A program made the position numbers and the translations under genes. From Negativicutes bacterium (GTDB lineage: Bacteria > Bacillota > Negativicutes > UBA1444), in NCBI GenBank assembly GCA_963665275.2, contig CAXXIN010000011.1, positions 1 through 17,664 of the forward strand: 17,664 nt of DNA, in the 5' to 3' direction. Positions 16,852 through 17,664 of this stretch are shown here, in pieces. The first letter of the stretch is position 1. Each line of letters starts with the position of its first letter. The notes beneath the pieces were generated by a model that made no database searches, was not told where the DNA came from, and saw nothing but the letters and a program-made list of their open reading frames with translations.

Positions 16852-17664
16852 TTATAGATGGAATGCAGCAGTCCCATATTTTTCGTTCACGATTGATATA
16901 AAAAGTTTTGCCGCTTTGGAAATATAAGCGCTTTTTTGAACGGCAACACAGAGTGCCCAGCAAGCTGAATACTTTTCGTCGACAAAGAAATAGGCTGGGA
17001 AATAACTGCCGGGGAATATTTTTAAATATTGCAGAGGGACAAAGGTTACGCCTATCCCTTCACAAGCGAGGCGTCTTGCGGTCTCAAAGCTTTTGGTAGT
17101 CAAGGTGATCAACGGGTTGATGTGGGCCTTTTGCAGAATTAGGTCAGTAACTTGTCTGATTTTTTGCTCCTTGTTCACCATGATAAATGGCTCATCGGCA
17201 AACAAGGTGAGGTCGATTTTTGGATACTCCAAACCGCTAATAGATTCAGCGGATCGGCTTAGCGGGTGCTCTTTTTTTGTAACCAGCACCAACGGATCGC
17301 GGAAGAGAGGATATATGTCGGTATTTGTCGGGCTGGCGCTTTCAGATAGAGGAAACGCATGCATGATGGCAAAGTCGATTTCACCTGAAGCCAGAGCTTT
17401 GTCCAGTTCGGTTGAATTTCGCTCGATGATGGATAATTCGATATGAGGGCATTTTTCTTGAAATACAGGTAAGATAACCGGCAACATGTAAGTAGCCAGA
17501 TAAACCGTGATCCCCACGGTGACCCGCCCTTTTTTCAAGTTGTTGATGTCGCTGACCTCAATCTCAAAATCATTGTATATTTTCAAAATGTCGGTGGCAA
17601 TCTGATAATACCGTTCTCCGGCAAATGTTGGCAGAAGGCCGGTGCTGGTTCTTTTGAACAACTT
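16852..17664 (-). CDS. LysR family transcriptional regulator (N-terminus outside window)
   Basis: Frame is open to the window end. End of HTH region KLFKRT...PTFAGE, then substrate-binding domain (GRVTVG, LPVFQEKCP, GEIDFAI, FIM, GIGVTFVP). Confidence 0.9.
   Translation of the reverse strand, partial: KLFKRTSTGLLPTFAGERYYQIATDILKIYNDFEIEVSDINNLKKGRVTVGITVYLATYMLPVILPVFQEKCPHIELSIIERNSTELDKALASGEIDFAIMHAFPLSESASPTNTDIYPLFRDPLVLVTKKEHPLSRSAESISGLEYPKIDLTLFADEPFIMVNKEQKIRQVTDLILQKAHINPLITLTTKSFETARRLACEGIGVTFVPLQYLKIFPGSYFPAYFFVDEKYSACWALCVAVQKSAYISKAAKLFISIVNEKYGTAAFHL

Noticed and set aside
1-17664. CRISPR array, tRNA/rRNA, IS element or prophage
   Set aside because: No regularly spaced repeats, RNA gene signatures, transposase, integrase or phage structural genes were seen.

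Overview
Chromosomal window from an anaerobic Bacillota member, probably Negativicutes/Sporomusaceae-like (inferred from gene content only). From left to right: (1) the 3' part of an M24 peptidase and a nitroreductase, followed by a terminator. (2) An operon behind a near-consensus sigma54 promoter, with candidate enhancer repeats and a Rex/Crp-type box. It encodes a family I CoA-transferase, a divergent AbfD/HpaB-family FAD/Fe-S protein, an acyl-CoA dehydrogenase-fold protein, EtfB and EtfA, and is followed by a soluble PAS chemoreceptor. (3) A secreted M14/aspartoacylase-type Zn peptidase coupled to pgsB-pgsC-pgsW (poly-gamma-glutamate system). (4) A secreted hypothetical protein, an aldo/keto reductase with a 2x[4Fe-4S] tail and a TrxR-like flavoprotein lacking NADPH motifs. 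(5) A minus-strand soluble MCP, a stand-alone DUF2829/Tad2-like gene and a partial LysR gene. The best candidate for an undescribed system is the sigma54 operon: the AbfD-like, ACAD and EtfA proteins all appear to have swapped canonical catalytic or cofactor residues, which suggests new acyl-CoA chemistry. The residue comparisons were made by eye against remembered reference motifs and need a real alignment. Eleven frameshift sites, all extra bases in homopolymer runs, look like sequencing errors rather than pseudogenes.
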